A stretch of 37,421 nucleotides of DNA from Christensenellales bacterium (GTDB lineage: Bacteria > Bacillota > Clostridia > Christensenellales > UMGS416): NCBI GenBank assembly GCA_050942555.1, contig JBMNNN010000003.1, positions 1 through 37,421 of the forward strand. Reading direction: 5' to 3'. The notes beneath the pieces were generated by a model. The model had not been told where the DNA came from, did no database searches, and was given only the letters and a program-made list of their open reading frames with translations. Shown one piece after another: positions 1-9,423 of this stretch. How positions within the stretch are numbered: the first letter of the stretch is position 1; each line of letters opens with the position of its first letter. The position numbers and the translations under genes were made by a program.

Positions 1-418
1 CCAGGCGGCTTCTGGCGCGGTGGGCCAGCCCGACCTGATCGAGCAGCTCCATCGCCCGCTGCCTGCGCTTGCGGCGGCCTGCCAGCACCATCGGGAGCTG
101 TATGTTGTCGAGCGCGGTCAGATAGGGAATCAGGTTGCGGGCATTGTTCTGCCATATGAAGCCTACGGTTTCCTGCTTGTAGCGCACATAGTCGATCTCT
201 TTAAATTTAAGGAGGTTCTTGCCGTTCACGTAGAGCGATCCGGCCGACGGCCGGTCCAGCCCGCCGATTATGTTGAGCAGCGTGGATTTGCCGCTTCCCG
301 AGTTTCCGATGATGGCCATGAGCTCGCCGTCTTCGACCGTCAGATCCAGTCCCTGCAGCGCGATGACTTCGGTCTCCCGGGTCTTGTAGATCTTGACCAG
401 ATTCTCACACTGTATCAT
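1..418 (-). CDS. ABC transporter ATP-binding protein (LolD/MacB-type), 3' end runs off the window
   Basis: Not in the ORF track. Manual translation from ATG at 418 gives [49 protein letters not shown] with Walker A GNSGSGKS; overlaps the stop of the upstream ATPase. Confidence 0.9.
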   Translation of the reverse strand, partial: MIQCENLVKIYKTRETEVIALQGLDLTVEDGELMAIIGNSGSGKSTLLNIIGGLDRPSAGSLYVNGKNLLKFKEIDYVRYKQETVGFIWQNNARNLIPYLTALDNIQLPMVLAGRRKRRQRAMELLDQVGLAHRARSRL

Positions 419-1373
419 CGGGCTCTCCCTTTCTGGCGCGCTTACGTACGAGGATTCCCTTTACCTTGCGCAGCAGCGCGGCGGCGCGATTTCCGCCGCC
501 CGATGCCGCTTCCTCTGGGGGGCGTTTGCGCGCAAAGAATCCTTTTACCCTCCGCGGAAGCGCGGCTGTACCGTTCCTGCCCGATACCGCGCCCTGCGTT
601 ACGGGCGCAGTCTGTTCGGGCGGCTCCGGCTGCTCCGCGTCGTCCGGCTCGGCCTGCGCAGGCTCGCCGCCGTTTCCGTTGGTCGATAGGTCGTTGTCGA
701 TCACCTCGACGATCCGCCCGTCTTCCAGCGTATAGACCCTGTCGGCCAGCTCCATCATGTTCGGATCGTGCGTCGTCATGACGACGGTGGCCTTTTCCTC
801 ATTCACGAGGTCGCGGAAAAGCTTCATGACCTGCAGCGCCATATGGGTGTCAAGCTCGGCAGTGGGCTCGTCGGCGAATATGAGCGACGGCCTGTGGGCG
901 ATCGCGCGGGCGATCGCGACCCGCTGCTGCTCGCCGCCCGAAAGCTCGCCGGGACGGTGATGCATCCGGTTGCGCAGCCCGACGAAGTTCAGGCAGCTCT
1001 CTGCGCGCCTGCGTCTTCCCTTGCGGACGCCCGCGACGCGCAGCGCGAACTCGACATTTTCATACGCCGACATCAGCGATATGAGCGCGATCGACTGGAA
1101 CACGAATCCCATGCTCCGGCGGCGGAGCCGGTCTCTCCTGCCTTCGGAGATCGCGCTGATATTGCGTCCCTCAAAATAGATCTCGCCCGACGTGGGCCTG
1201 TCCAGCGTTCCGAGCAGGTTGATGAGCGTCGTCTTCCCCGAGCCCGAGCGCCCCTTCAAAATCGTGATGGTCTGAGGTATGATCTCGATATCGATATCGT
1301 CAAGGGCGCGGACGATGGTTCCGCCGTTGTTGAATACGCGGCTTAACGACCGGGTTTTGAGTATCGGCTCCAT
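405..1373 (-). CDS. ABC transporter ATP-binding protein with ~90-aa low-complexity C-terminal extension
   Basis: Walker A GRSGSGKT, signature LSGGEQQR, Walker B IFADEPT, H-loop TTHD. Start trimmed to MEPILK (ATG 1373), just after the permease stop. Confidence 0.92.
   Translation of the reverse strand: MEPILKTRSLSRVFNNGGTIVRALDDIDIEIIPQTITILKGRSGSGKTTLINLLGTLDRPTSGEIYFEGRNISAISEGRRDRLRRRSMGFVFQSIALISLMSAYENVEFALRVAGVRKGRRRRAESCLNFVGLRNRMHHRPGELSGGEQQRVAIARAIAHRPSLIFADEPTAELDTHMALQVMKLFRDLVNEEKATVVMTTHDPNMMELADRVYTLEDGRIVEVIDNDLSTNGNGGEPAQAEPDDAEQPEPPEQTAPVTQGAVSGRNGTAALPRRVKGFFARKRPPEEAASGGGNRAAALLRKVKGILVRKRARKGEPDDTV
435..575 (-). repeat. Two imperfect 57-nt repeats (84-nt period) encoding basic amphipathic segments
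   Basis: [19 protein letters not shown] (519-575) versus [19 protein letters not shown] (435-491). Confidence 0.7.
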
Positions 1374-1374
1374 A

Positions 1375-4215
1375 TCAGTCCTCCCCGAGCTTGATAGCCT
1401 GCGCCACCCTGATCCTGGATATGAGCGCGCCCAGTATCGCAAACCCCGACACCAGCATGAACCCGACGATCGCGTATATCCTGTAGTAATCGGCCCGGCT
1501 GCTGACGATCCGGAAGGGCGGCACCTGCTGCTCGGCGCTGTAGACCATCTGCAGCAGCGGCACGAAAAGATCGCTGGTAACGCCGCCTATCAGTATGCCC
1601 GTCAGCACCGCCGCCAGCGAGATGAGTATCTGCTCGCATATGAGCATGCCCACCACCTGGCCCTGCGTCATGCCCATCGCGCGGAATATGCCGAACTGGA
1701 GTTTGCGGCTCTGTATCGACAGTATCCAGTAGATGATGAATCCCAGCAGGCTGATGAGCATCGTCACAACGAAGCCCAGCGTCAGCGCGCCGTTTGTTCC
1801 CTGCAGCAGCGCGTCGTTCTTCCGGGCGACCATCTCCTGGCTGGCGTCGCGGATCCAGTAGAGCTTTATGCCCTTGGCAGCCATGTCGTCGTATACCGTC
1901 CGGGAAAGCGCGCCTTCTTCCTTTTTCATCCAGACCTGGTACGGCTCCAGCATCGTCTTGGCCTGCGTGTAGTTGAGGTTGGCGATCACGAAATACCGGC
2001 TTTCCTCAAGATGCGGGTTGATTCCCGGCCAGTAGTCGACGAATGCCGCGATGGCCGCCTCGATGCGCGTCTGGCCTTCCCAGTAGAACTCAAACGAGTC
2101 GCCCACCTGCATGCCCTCCTGGTCCCGGAACGCCGACGAAACGAGGACCGCGTTGGGCGCATAGGTCATCAGGTTCAGGTATTCGTTGATGTGATGGGGC
2201 AGCAGGTCCGACGACGACCAGACCACCCGCCCGAACTCGGATGGCTCGATGGCCATCAGCACGCCCCTTTTCGTGTAATTTCTGGACAGCCGGAAACGCG
2301 GCTCGGCAGGCATCAGTACCTTGGCCGTGGCCTCGATGCCCTCGATCGAGGAGATGATATCGTAATCGGGCTCGCGGTATATGATCACAGGGTCGCTGCC
2401 AAAGATCGCGGCCGCCGAAGGATCGTCCATCGAATAGATGTCCTCGGGGGGCGCGTTGTTCTCCCACTCGGTCTGAAGCGCGATATCCGCGCCGACCTCG
2501 TAATAGACGCGGTCCTCGATATTCTGGTTAATCGTGCGCGCGGAGTTCGCGGAAAACACGCCGATCGACATCGTCAGTATGATGAACAGCATCAGGAACT
2601 GCTCCCGCCCTCCGGAACGCCCGACCTGTATGAACGTGGCGTACAGCACCGGCGACCAGATCTTGTGCCCCAGCCAGTATATAAAGCGGATGATGAACGG
2701 ATAGACCCGGAGGAACAGCAGCCCCACGCCCAGCACGAACAGCGTCGATATCATGAAAAGCATCGGGTCGATGGGCACGTCGAGCGCTTCGGCAGACGTC
2801 AGCACCAGCGTAGCCTGGCGGTTTGCGAAGCTGTTGTAGCCGTACAGCGATACGCCGATAAGGATCAAATCGAGGAATATCTTCTGCCAGAACGGCGCGT
2901 TCCATCGCCGCGCCTTCTTTTGCTTCAACTCCACGATGGAAAACCTCGTCGCGCTCATCGCCGGCATGATCATCGTGAGGACCGAGAAGACTCCCGCCAG
3001 CATCGCGTACTGTATCGAGCGGATGCGCATCGTGATGGGCAGCGCGGTACGCGACACCAGCTCAAGAAATCCGTTCGACGCGCCAAGAATCCTGCATATG
3101 CCCATCGCCACAAACGGGCCCGCCGCCACCGAGACGGCTGAAAGGAGCGCGCTGTGAAGAAGATAGCTTCCGAACAGCTGCAGTCTGCCCGCACCCCGGC
3201 TTTTGAGCACGGCGATCTCATTGCGGTCGTTCTCGACGATGAGCTGGGACACCATGAATATATAGAACGCCAGCATCATGATGATGGGCGCCTGCAGCAC
3301 CCACAGCGTAATGCGGAGCTGCTTTTCCCGGATGAAATACTCCTCAAGGATCGGCTTCACGCCCATCGCGACGCGCGTGCCCGGGTACTCGGCGTACCAT
3401 TTCTCCCTGGCGTGCAGCACATCGAGGAGCGTCGGCAGGTGGTCGATCGTGAGCTTCGTGTAGTCGACCGCGTAGTACCATTCGGCCGCCGACACCGCCT
3501 GTCGCTCCTCGAGGAAATAGCGCTCGAAAAGGCCGTAGTCGAGGAGCGCGACGTCGCCCATCCGGAAGCTGTACTCGAACCACCATGCGTCGTTGGCTTC
3601 CTTGTAGGAAAAGAGTCCGACCGGCCGGACCTTGAATACGATCCCCTCTCCCAGCAGCTTACTGATGTCTTCGGCCAGATAGATCTCGTCCAGCATGAGA
3701 TCCTTTTCTTTCTGCACCGACTCGTTGATCAGCACCTCCAGCACGCCGTCCTTCATCTCGGTAGAAGGCAGGCGTCCGCTGGTGATGGTGATGTGATCCA
3801 GATAGTCGGTATACGCGACGAGCTTTATGAAAGCCTTGGACGGCTTTTCGGCCTTCTGCACCTCGGGAAGCAGCGCGATGTAGTCGATGGTCAGCTTTTC
3901 CACATGCTCGGCAATCGGCGTATCCAGTTCGCCGGGCAGTTTGTCGCGTATGTTCTGGCGGAAATACAGAAACGCGCCGTATCTGCTGTCGGGTTTGTAA
4001 TAGGTAAAACAGTTCAGCTTAAAAAGGTATCTGCCCGGATAGCTGCCCGTGCGCTGCTGATAGGCCTCCATGTCCTTTATCAGCATCCGCTGCAGTATGC
4101 CATCGGTATACATCGGAATGCTGCTGATCATCGCCACCGCGACGATCGACCCCACGAGCAGGCATGCGACCATCCACTTGTTATTGAGTATCTTGCGCAA
4201 TACGATGAAGAACAA
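1375..4215 (-). CDS. ABC transporter permease, FtsX/MacB family, two-module (946 aa)
   Basis: Two FtsX-like motifs (RNEIAVLKSRGA; RKLQFGIFRAMGM), multiple hydrophobic segments and two large extracytoplasmic loops; lies between an MFP gene and ATPase genes. Confidence 0.88.
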   Translation of the reverse strand: MFFIVLRKILNNKWMVACLLVGSIVAVAMISSIPMYTDGILQRMLIKDMEAYQQRTGSYPGRYLFKLNCFTYYKPDSRYGAFLYFRQNIRDKLPGELDTPIAEHVEKLTIDYIALLPEVQKAEKPSKAFIKLVAYTDYLDHITITSGRLPSTEMKDGVLEVLINESVQKEKDLMLDEIYLAEDISKLLGEGIVFKVRPVGLFSYKEANDAWWFEYSFRMGDVALLDYGLFERYFLEERQAVSAAEWYYAVDYTKLTIDHLPTLLDVLHAREKWYAEYPGTRVAMGVKPILEEYFIREKQLRITLWVLQAPIIMMLAFYIFMVSQLIVENDRNEIAVLKSRGAGRLQLFGSYLLHSALLSAVSVAAGPFVAMGICRILGASNGFLELVSRTALPITMRIRSIQYAMLAGVFSVLTMIMPAMSATRFSIVELKQKKARRWNAPFWQKIFLDLILIGVSLYGYNSFANRQATLVLTSAEALDVPIDPMLFMISTLFVLGVGLLFLRVYPFIIRFIYWLGHKIWSPVLYATFIQVGRSGGREQFLMLFIILTMSIGVFSANSARTINQNIEDRVYYEVGADIALQTEWENNAPPEDIYSMDDPSAAAIFGSDPVIIYREPDYDIISSIEGIEATAKVLMPAEPRFRLSRNYTKRGVLMAIEPSEFGRVVWSSSDLLPHHINEYLNLMTYAPNAVLVSSAFRDQEGMQVGDSFEFYWEGQTRIEAAIAAFVDYWPGINPHLEESRYFVIANLNYTQAKTMLEPYQVWMKKEEGALSRTVYDDMAAKGIKLYWIRDASQEMVARKNDALLQGTNGALTLGFVVTMLISLLGFIIYWILSIQSRKLQFGIFRAMGMTQGQVVGMLICEQILISLAAVLTGILIGGVTSDLFVPLLQMVYSAEQQVPPFRIVSSRADYYRIYAIVGFMLVSGFAILGALISRIRVAQAIKLGED

Positions 4216-4227
4216 AGCCGCCGCCTC

Positions 4228-5235
4228 CTAGTTGATGATCACCTTGTCCCCTTCGTTGAGGCCCTTGACGATCTCAACTTCCGTGGCTGTAGCCAGTCCC
4301 TTCTCCACGTCCACCTCGATCTTGACCCCGTCTTCGAGCACCTTGACATAGGTGCGGCCCTGGTAATCGTTGACAAGGGATTTAGGGATGACGATGACAT
4401 CGGTGCGCGAATCCTCGACAAACCGGATCGTGGCCGATTTACCCAGCGATTTGTCGTCGGACTCGTAGCCCGCGACCTCGATATAGGTGCGCAGCGTCGT
4501 GTCCCCGTCGGCAGGAATGGGCGGCACATCGTCGGGACACTGTATGACCTCGCCTTCGTATACTTCCTTGTCGATCGTCACCTCCACCTGCATGCCGGTT
4601 TTAAACTTCTTGGCGGTATCGCCCTCTATCACGAGCCGTATGGCCAGCGGGTCGATGATGCGGGCAAGATCCGTGTAGGCGCTGATCGTGTCGCCGGGAT
4701 AGACTTTGGCCAGATACGATATGATGCCATCCATCGGCGCGTACAGCTTGGATTTCTCGAGCTCTTCCACCACGGTATTGTAGTTGGCGCGGGCGATCTT
4801 GTAGTCGTAGTCGGCCATCTTGATATCATAGCTGGAAGCGCCGGTGGCCTTGAGGTTGTCCAGCCTGAGCCGGGCTTTCTGGAGATTATAGTACTGTATG
4901 GTCTTGCTGTTCTCCAGCGCATCGGTGTCCAGCTCGGCGATGATGTCGCCCTTCTTGACCGCCTGTCCGTACTTCACATAAACGGCCCGCAGCCGACCGC
5001 CCGTGTGCTCAAAGAAGCAGTCGGCCACGCTGGCCGATACGAACTTGGCCTGAGCGGTCACATATACGATGATGTCGCTGCGCTTGGCTTCGTATGTTTT
5101 GTATACGATCTCCTTGGCCTGGAGCAGCGGGACCTCCAGCGTCTCCTCCTCTTTGGGAAGCAGATAGCAGCCTGAAAAAAGCACTGTCGTGATAAGAAGC
5201 GCAGTGGCCGCTGCGCATCTGGCTAACATTCGCAT
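4228..5235 (-). CDS. Efflux membrane-fusion (RND/HlyD-type periplasmic adaptor) lipoprotein
   Basis: Lipobox LFSGC; lipoyl-like VKYGQAVKKGDIIAELD and APMDGII; C-terminal EIVKGLNEGDKVI. Confidence 0.88.
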   Translation of the reverse strand: MRMLARCAAATALLITTVLFSGCYLLPKEEETLEVPLLQAKEIVYKTYEAKRSDIIVYVTAQAKFVSASVADCFFEHTGGRLRAVYVKYGQAVKKGDIIAELDTDALENSKTIQYYNLQKARLRLDNLKATGASSYDIKMADYDYKIARANYNTVVEELEKSKLYAPMDGIISYLAKVYPGDTISAYTDLARIIDPLAIRLVIEGDTAKKFKTGMQVEVTIDKEVYEGEVIQCPDDVPPIPADGDTTLRTYIEVAGYESDDKSLGKSATIRFVEDSRTDVIVIPKSLVNDYQGRTYVKVLEDGVKIEVDVEKGLATATEVEIVKGLNEGDKVIIN

Positions 5236-5302
5236 AGTACGTCCCCTTCCGACTCCTGTTTCCGCTGAGTATCGCCCAGGTTTTTTAAGAAATTACTATG
5301 TT

Positions 5303-5331
5303 ATTATAGTGTACAACACCGGCTTATTCAA
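5303..5331 (-). promoter_or_regulatory. sigmaA-type promoter of the ABC exporter operon
   Basis: TTGAAT-17 nt-TATAAT on the minus strand in an AT-rich gap. Confidence 0.7.
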
Positions 5332-5431
5332 GGCAATTCGCAAATACCCATTGTATAAGCAGTATTTTACACTCTGTTGGATGCATTCGCCGGGTGAGCA
5401 GGCTGTCTTTGTTTTTGGTGCAGCCGCACCA

Positions 5432-7123
5432 TCAGCCGTCTTCACGCTCATTCGGTTCGCGCAGCACCTCCTCGCGCAGGCGCTTTATGCGCTTCATGAC
5501 GTCGTTTCCGCCCCGCCCGAACGCGTCATGCAGCACGCAGTATTGCTCGTACAGCGTCTGGTAGCGGGCTTTGTTCCCGGGAATCGGCCGGTATACCCGG
5601 GGCAGCACGCGGCCCATTTCCCGCGCCGCGTCGGTGATCGTGTCGTAGCCCCCTGCGGCGGATCCTGCCGCCACCGCGCCGAACATCGCCGCGCCCACGG
5701 CGGGCGCCTGCGTCGACGCGCCGATGCGGATATCCATGCCGGTCACATCGGCGTATATCTGCATCATCAGCTCGTTTTTCTGCGCGATGCCTCCGGCCGC
5801 GTAGAGCGCGTCCACCGGCACGCCATACCGGCGGAAGTTCTCGATGATGACGCGGGTCCCGTAAGCCGTCGCTTCAATGAGCGCCCGGTATATTTCCTCA
5901 GGCCGGGTGCGCAGCGTCATGCCCACGATGAGACCCGTCAGGTCCGCGTCCACCAGCACCGAGCGGTTGCCGTTCCACCAGTCCAGCGCGACGAGGCCGC
6001 TCTCCCCGGGCAGCAGCCTCGCCGCCTTTTCGGTGAGCAGCGCGTGGATGTCCATGCCGTGCTCCCGCGCCTCCCGCTCATACGCTTCGGGCACGCAGTG
6101 GTTGACGAACCACTCGAAATGGTCGCCCACGCAGCTCTGACCGGCCTCATACCCGAAGTATCCCGGCAGTATGCCGTCCTCGACGACCCCGCACATACCG
6201 GGAACGATGCGCGGCTCGGTCCCCACGACCATATGGCAGGTGGAGGTACCCATGATCATCAGCATATGGCCCGGTTCGCTGATGCCTGTCGCGGGAACCG
6301 TCACATGCGCGTCCACGTTGCAGACGGCGACCGGCGTCCCCTCGCGCAGCCCTGTCGCGCGTGCCATGTCGGCGGTCAGCCCGCCGGCCCGGTGTCCCAG
6401 CGGATATATCGGGCTGGGCAGCTTGTCGCGCACGACGTGCTCGAGCCGCGGGTCCAGCGACCGGAAAAACTCCGGCGACGGATACCCGTCCTGCCGGCTC
6501 CAGATCGCCTTGTATCCGGCGGTGCAGCTGTTACGCGCCTCCCGGCCGGTCATCATCATCACGACCCAGTCGCCCGCCTCGATGAAGCGGTCGGCGGCCT
6601 CATAGATTTCCGGAGCTTCGTTGAGGATCTGCCAGATCTTCGGGAACAACCACTCCGAGGAAATTTTCCCGCCGTACCGCTCGATGAACTTCTCCCCGCG
6701 GCGGGCGGCGATTTCGTTGATGCGATCGGCCTCCTCCTGGGCGGCGTGGTGCTTCCAGAGCTTCACATAGCTGTGGGGATGCCCGGCTAGCTCCTGCCGG
6801 AAGCAGAGCGGCTGTCCGTCGCGGTCGATCGGAAGTATCGTGCAGGCCGTAAAGTCGATGCCCAGCCCCACCACCTCCGCGGGATCGACGCCGCCCTGTG
6901 CCAGCACGTCCGGTATGGTCCGCTCCAGCGCCTCGATATAGTCGCCGGGATGCTGCAGCGCCCAGTCGGGCGGCAGCGGCGTCCCGTCGGGCAGCGCCTG
7001 ATCCATGACCCCGTGGGCATAGGACCATACCGAAGTGGCGAGCTCGCGCGCCGTGCCGAGCTCCACCAGCACCGCCCTGCTTGACTGCGTCCCATAATCG
7101 ACTCCGATCGCATACCTGCCCAT
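5432..7123 (-). CDS. araB: L-ribulokinase (FGGY family)
   Basis: [64 protein letters not shown]. Start ATG 7123 after a GGAGG RBS. Confidence 0.9.
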   Translation of the reverse strand: MGRYAIGVDYGTQSSRAVLVELGTARELATSVWSYAHGVMDQALPDGTPLPPDWALQHPGDYIEALERTIPDVLAQGGVDPAEVVGLGIDFTACTILPIDRDGQPLCFRQELAGHPHSYVKLWKHHAAQEEADRINEIAARRGEKFIERYGGKISSEWLFPKIWQILNEAPEIYEAADRFIEAGDWVVMMMTGREARNSCTAGYKAIWSRQDGYPSPEFFRSLDPRLEHVVRDKLPSPIYPLGHRAGGLTADMARATGLREGTPVAVCNVDAHVTVPATGISEPGHMLMIMGTSTCHMVVGTEPRIVPGMCGVVEDGILPGYFGYEAGQSCVGDHFEWFVNHCVPEAYEREAREHGMDIHALLTEKAARLLPGESGLVALDWWNGNRSVLVDADLTGLIVGMTLRTRPEEIYRALIEATAYGTRVIIENFRRYGVPVDALYAAGGIAQKNELMMQIYADVTGMDIRIGASTQAPAVGAAMFGAVAAGSAAGGYDTITDAAREMGRVLPRVYRPIPGNKARYQTLYEQYCVLHDAFGRGGNDVMKRIKRLREEVLREPNEREDG

Positions 7124-7154
7124 AAAAAAACCCTCCCTGGTTATTGCTGGTTCT

Positions 7155-7184
7155 ATCATACAACAGGGCGGAGGGAGGAGGCAA
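7155..7184 (-). promoter_or_regulatory. Possible sigmaA promoter of araB
   Basis: TTGCCT-18 nt-TATGAT on the minus strand. Confidence 0.45.
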
Positions 7185-7239
7185 TATAAAGATAGAGCTT
7201 CAGAGGCTAAATGCGGAAAATGAATCGTACCGCCGCGCA

Positions 7240-8364
7240 CTATGCGCGGTCGATACATATTTTCAGTTTTGAGTCAGGGGAAACAATGGTTCCGGTCAGT
7301 ATATCCTCTTCGGTAATCTGCGCCATCATAATTTCCATGCTGCCGTAGCGGTCATGATCATATATGATATGGATGAGGCCCTCTGCGTCCTGTACTGCGT
7401 CGGGATACGATACCTGGCTTCTTTCATCGAGCAGCAGCCCGTCATTCCACGTCTTGCCATCGTCCTGGGAAACCTGAGCGTACAGGTTGTTGCGGCCGAT
7501 GAAGTTTCTATGATTGATAAGCAAAAGTCTGCCCGACATCAGGCGGCGCACATGAAATCGGGAACACGGGTTTCCGATTTGCGTGGGACGTTGGTTAGAC
7601 CAGGTGATGCCTCCGTCCCGGGAGACGCTCTCATAAAGCACCGGGGCGGACCTTGAAAGCATGCGAAGACTTCCGTCGCTGCATTCATACAGCATGTGCT
7701 CAAAAAAGTCGGATTTGCTAAAACGCGCTTGTCCTAGAAGTGAAACTGTGCAGCCATTATCGTCTGAGGCGTAGACCTGAGCGTTTCGCTGCTGTTCGTC
7801 GGGATCATTGAAAATTACTGTGCCGACGTTCATAGGATGGAATGGCTTCAAGGGGCACCTGGCGACAGTATAGAGCCACCGTCCGCTGCCCAGCACGGTC
7901 GGCTTGTTCAGCATGATACCGTCACACAGTCTGCGCGGTCGGCTGAAGACCGGCTGCTCCGCATCGGGCTGATCGCACACGCTCTCCCACACCCCTTCTT
8001 TGCCATCCATATGCATATGGGCTTGCGCCCAGTATAAGCGCAGTCGGCCCAACGGATCAATCCACAGAACCTCGTCAAAAGTCCGCACGCCCTCGACATT
8101 TTCCACAACCAAGAAGGGCTTTTCCCATTCCGCGCCCGGACGCTTCCTTGCAAGCAGCACGAAGTTATCCATTCCCTCGGTATGTCCGCCGGAGTACCAT
8201 GCCGCGAAAATTGTTCCGCCGCCGGTGCGCTCAATACTGGGTATTCCCTGCCATATCCGGGTCGTATGGCGGCGCTCGAAGTCCCTAAGCAGCTTTGCAG
8301 GCAGCGCGGCCCGGTCATAGTCCGGTTTGAACCAGGGGGTGTATGCTTTCTTTCGCGTAGCCAT
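7240..8364 (-). CDS. Sialidase-like (GH33/BNR Asp-box beta-propeller) protein, no signal peptide
   Basis: Asp-boxes [16 protein letters not shown] and SQDDGKTW; WQGIP (RIP-like) near the N-terminus; SYPD near the C-terminus. Start MATRKK after AGGAG. Confidence 0.8.
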   Translation of the reverse strand: MATRKKAYTPWFKPDYDRAALPAKLLRDFERRHTTRIWQGIPSIERTGGGTIFAAWYSGGHTEGMDNFVLLARKRPGAEWEKPFLVVENVEGVRTFDEVLWIDPLGRLRLYWAQAHMHMDGKEGVWESVCDQPDAEQPVFSRPRRLCDGIMLNKPTVLGSGRWLYTVARCPLKPFHPMNVGTVIFNDPDEQQRNAQVYASDDNGCTVSLLGQARFSKSDFFEHMLYECSDGSLRMLSRSAPVLYESVSRDGGITWSNQRPTQIGNPCSRFHVRRLMSGRLLLINHRNFIGRNNLYAQVSQDDGKTWNDGLLLDERSQVSYPDAVQDAEGLIHIIYDHDRYGSMEIMMAQITEEDILTGTIVSPDSKLKICIDRA

Positions 8365-8405
8365 TTTCCTGCTCCTGTTAGACTTCTTTCCGAGCTTCAC
8401 TTCAT

Positions 8406-8434
8406 ATTGTAATAGCTGGTCGGTATCAAATCAA
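8406..8434 (-). promoter_or_regulatory. sigmaA-type promoter of the sialidase-like gene
   Basis: TTGATT-17 nt-TACAAT on the minus strand. Confidence 0.6.
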
Positions 8435-8527
8435 GTGGTGCGCAGCATTCTACCTGATAGGTCAGGTTGGGAATCGTAGCAATACCTGCTGGATATCGCG
8501 TTTATTACTCACAGTGGTATTTAACAT

Positions 8528-8559
8528 AAAAAACCGGGCGAAGTCTCCTCCGCCCGGCT
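8528..8559 (-). terminator. Rho-independent terminator after iolB
   Basis: Minus strand CCGGGCGGAG-GAGA-CTTCGCCCGG followed by TTTTTT. Confidence 0.8.
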
Positions 8560-8571
8560 CATTGATCCCGT

Positions 8572-9387
8572 CTACAGATTGTAGCGCACCATCCGCTCGG
8601 CAGCCTCAATCCACTGGTGGCAGGGCTGCGTGCGGCGGTAGAACGAACGCTTCTCCCCGGCCATCAGGTAGAGCATATAGTTCGAGTAGCCCGGCGCGCA
8701 GGCGAACGGGTGATAGCCGCGAGGCACCTCGACCGCGGTATTGTGGCCGACGCGGTATACCTCGTCCAGCGAGCCGTCCTCCGTGTATACGGCCTGGAAC
8801 CCGAATCCCGAGGGCAGGTTGAACTTGAAGAAATAGATTTCCTCCATGACCGCCTCGAAAGGAAGCTCGCTCACATCGTGCTTGTGGGGCGGGTAGCTGG
8901 CCCAGTTGCCCGGGTACGTGTAGGCCTCGCCGATGCACAGGCTGCATGTCTCCAGCCTTTCGTCTATGAGGCTGTGAAGGCCCCGCTTGAGGTTCAGGAT
9001 TCCCAGTTCGTTGACCGGCACCTCGGAGGGCTTTACCTCGAACGCCGCAAGCTTCCGGTCGGCCTTTCCGTAGCAGAAAGCGGCCTCCATGTTCTCAAGG
9101 CAGGTCACCTCGAACGCGGTGTCCACCGGGATGTAGACCGAATGGGCGGGCCCGGCGAACACGTCGCGGCGGCCTCCCACCGGGCCAAACGAAAAGCCCT
9201 CGCCCCGTACCGCGCAGATGCCCGTCATCATCACGATCACAAGCTCGCTGTCCCCGGTCTTCATTTCAAAGGTCTGATCCTTTGAAAGCTTCAGATACCC
9301 AAGTTCCAGCAGCTTCAGGCTGGAACCGTCGCCTCCGGCAATCGCCGTGTAACCGCTCTGACCTTCATACTTCCTGTAAAGATTCAT
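8572..9387 (-). CDS. iolB: IolB/KduI-family isomerase (5-deoxy-glucuronate isomerase-like)
   Basis: GGRRDVF, GNWASYPPHKHD, EEIYFF, VPRGYHP; start MNLYRK after AGGAGG. The family call is firm; the substrate is not. Confidence 0.85.
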   Translation of the reverse strand: MNLYRKYEGQSGYTAIAGGDGSSLKLLELGYLKLSKDQTFEMKTGDSELVIVMMTGICAVRGEGFSFGPVGGRRDVFAGPAHSVYIPVDTAFEVTCLENMEAAFCYGKADRKLAAFEVKPSEVPVNELGILNLKRGLHSLIDERLETCSLCIGEAYTYPGNWASYPPHKHDVSELPFEAVMEEIYFFKFNLPSGFGFQAVYTEDGSLDEVYRVGHNTAVEVPRGYHPFACAPGYSNYMLYLMAGEKRSFYRRTQPCHQWIEAAERMVRYNL

Positions 9388-9423
9388 TGTGGTTCCTCCT
9401 TTATTGCAGCGCGTGTCGCGCAA

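Noticed and set aside
1279-6790. Long plus-strand ORFs 1279-3141, 3154-5175 and 5189-6790
   Set aside because: Antisense shadows of well-supported minus-strand genes. They are Arg/His-rich with no motifs, as expected in high-GC DNA.
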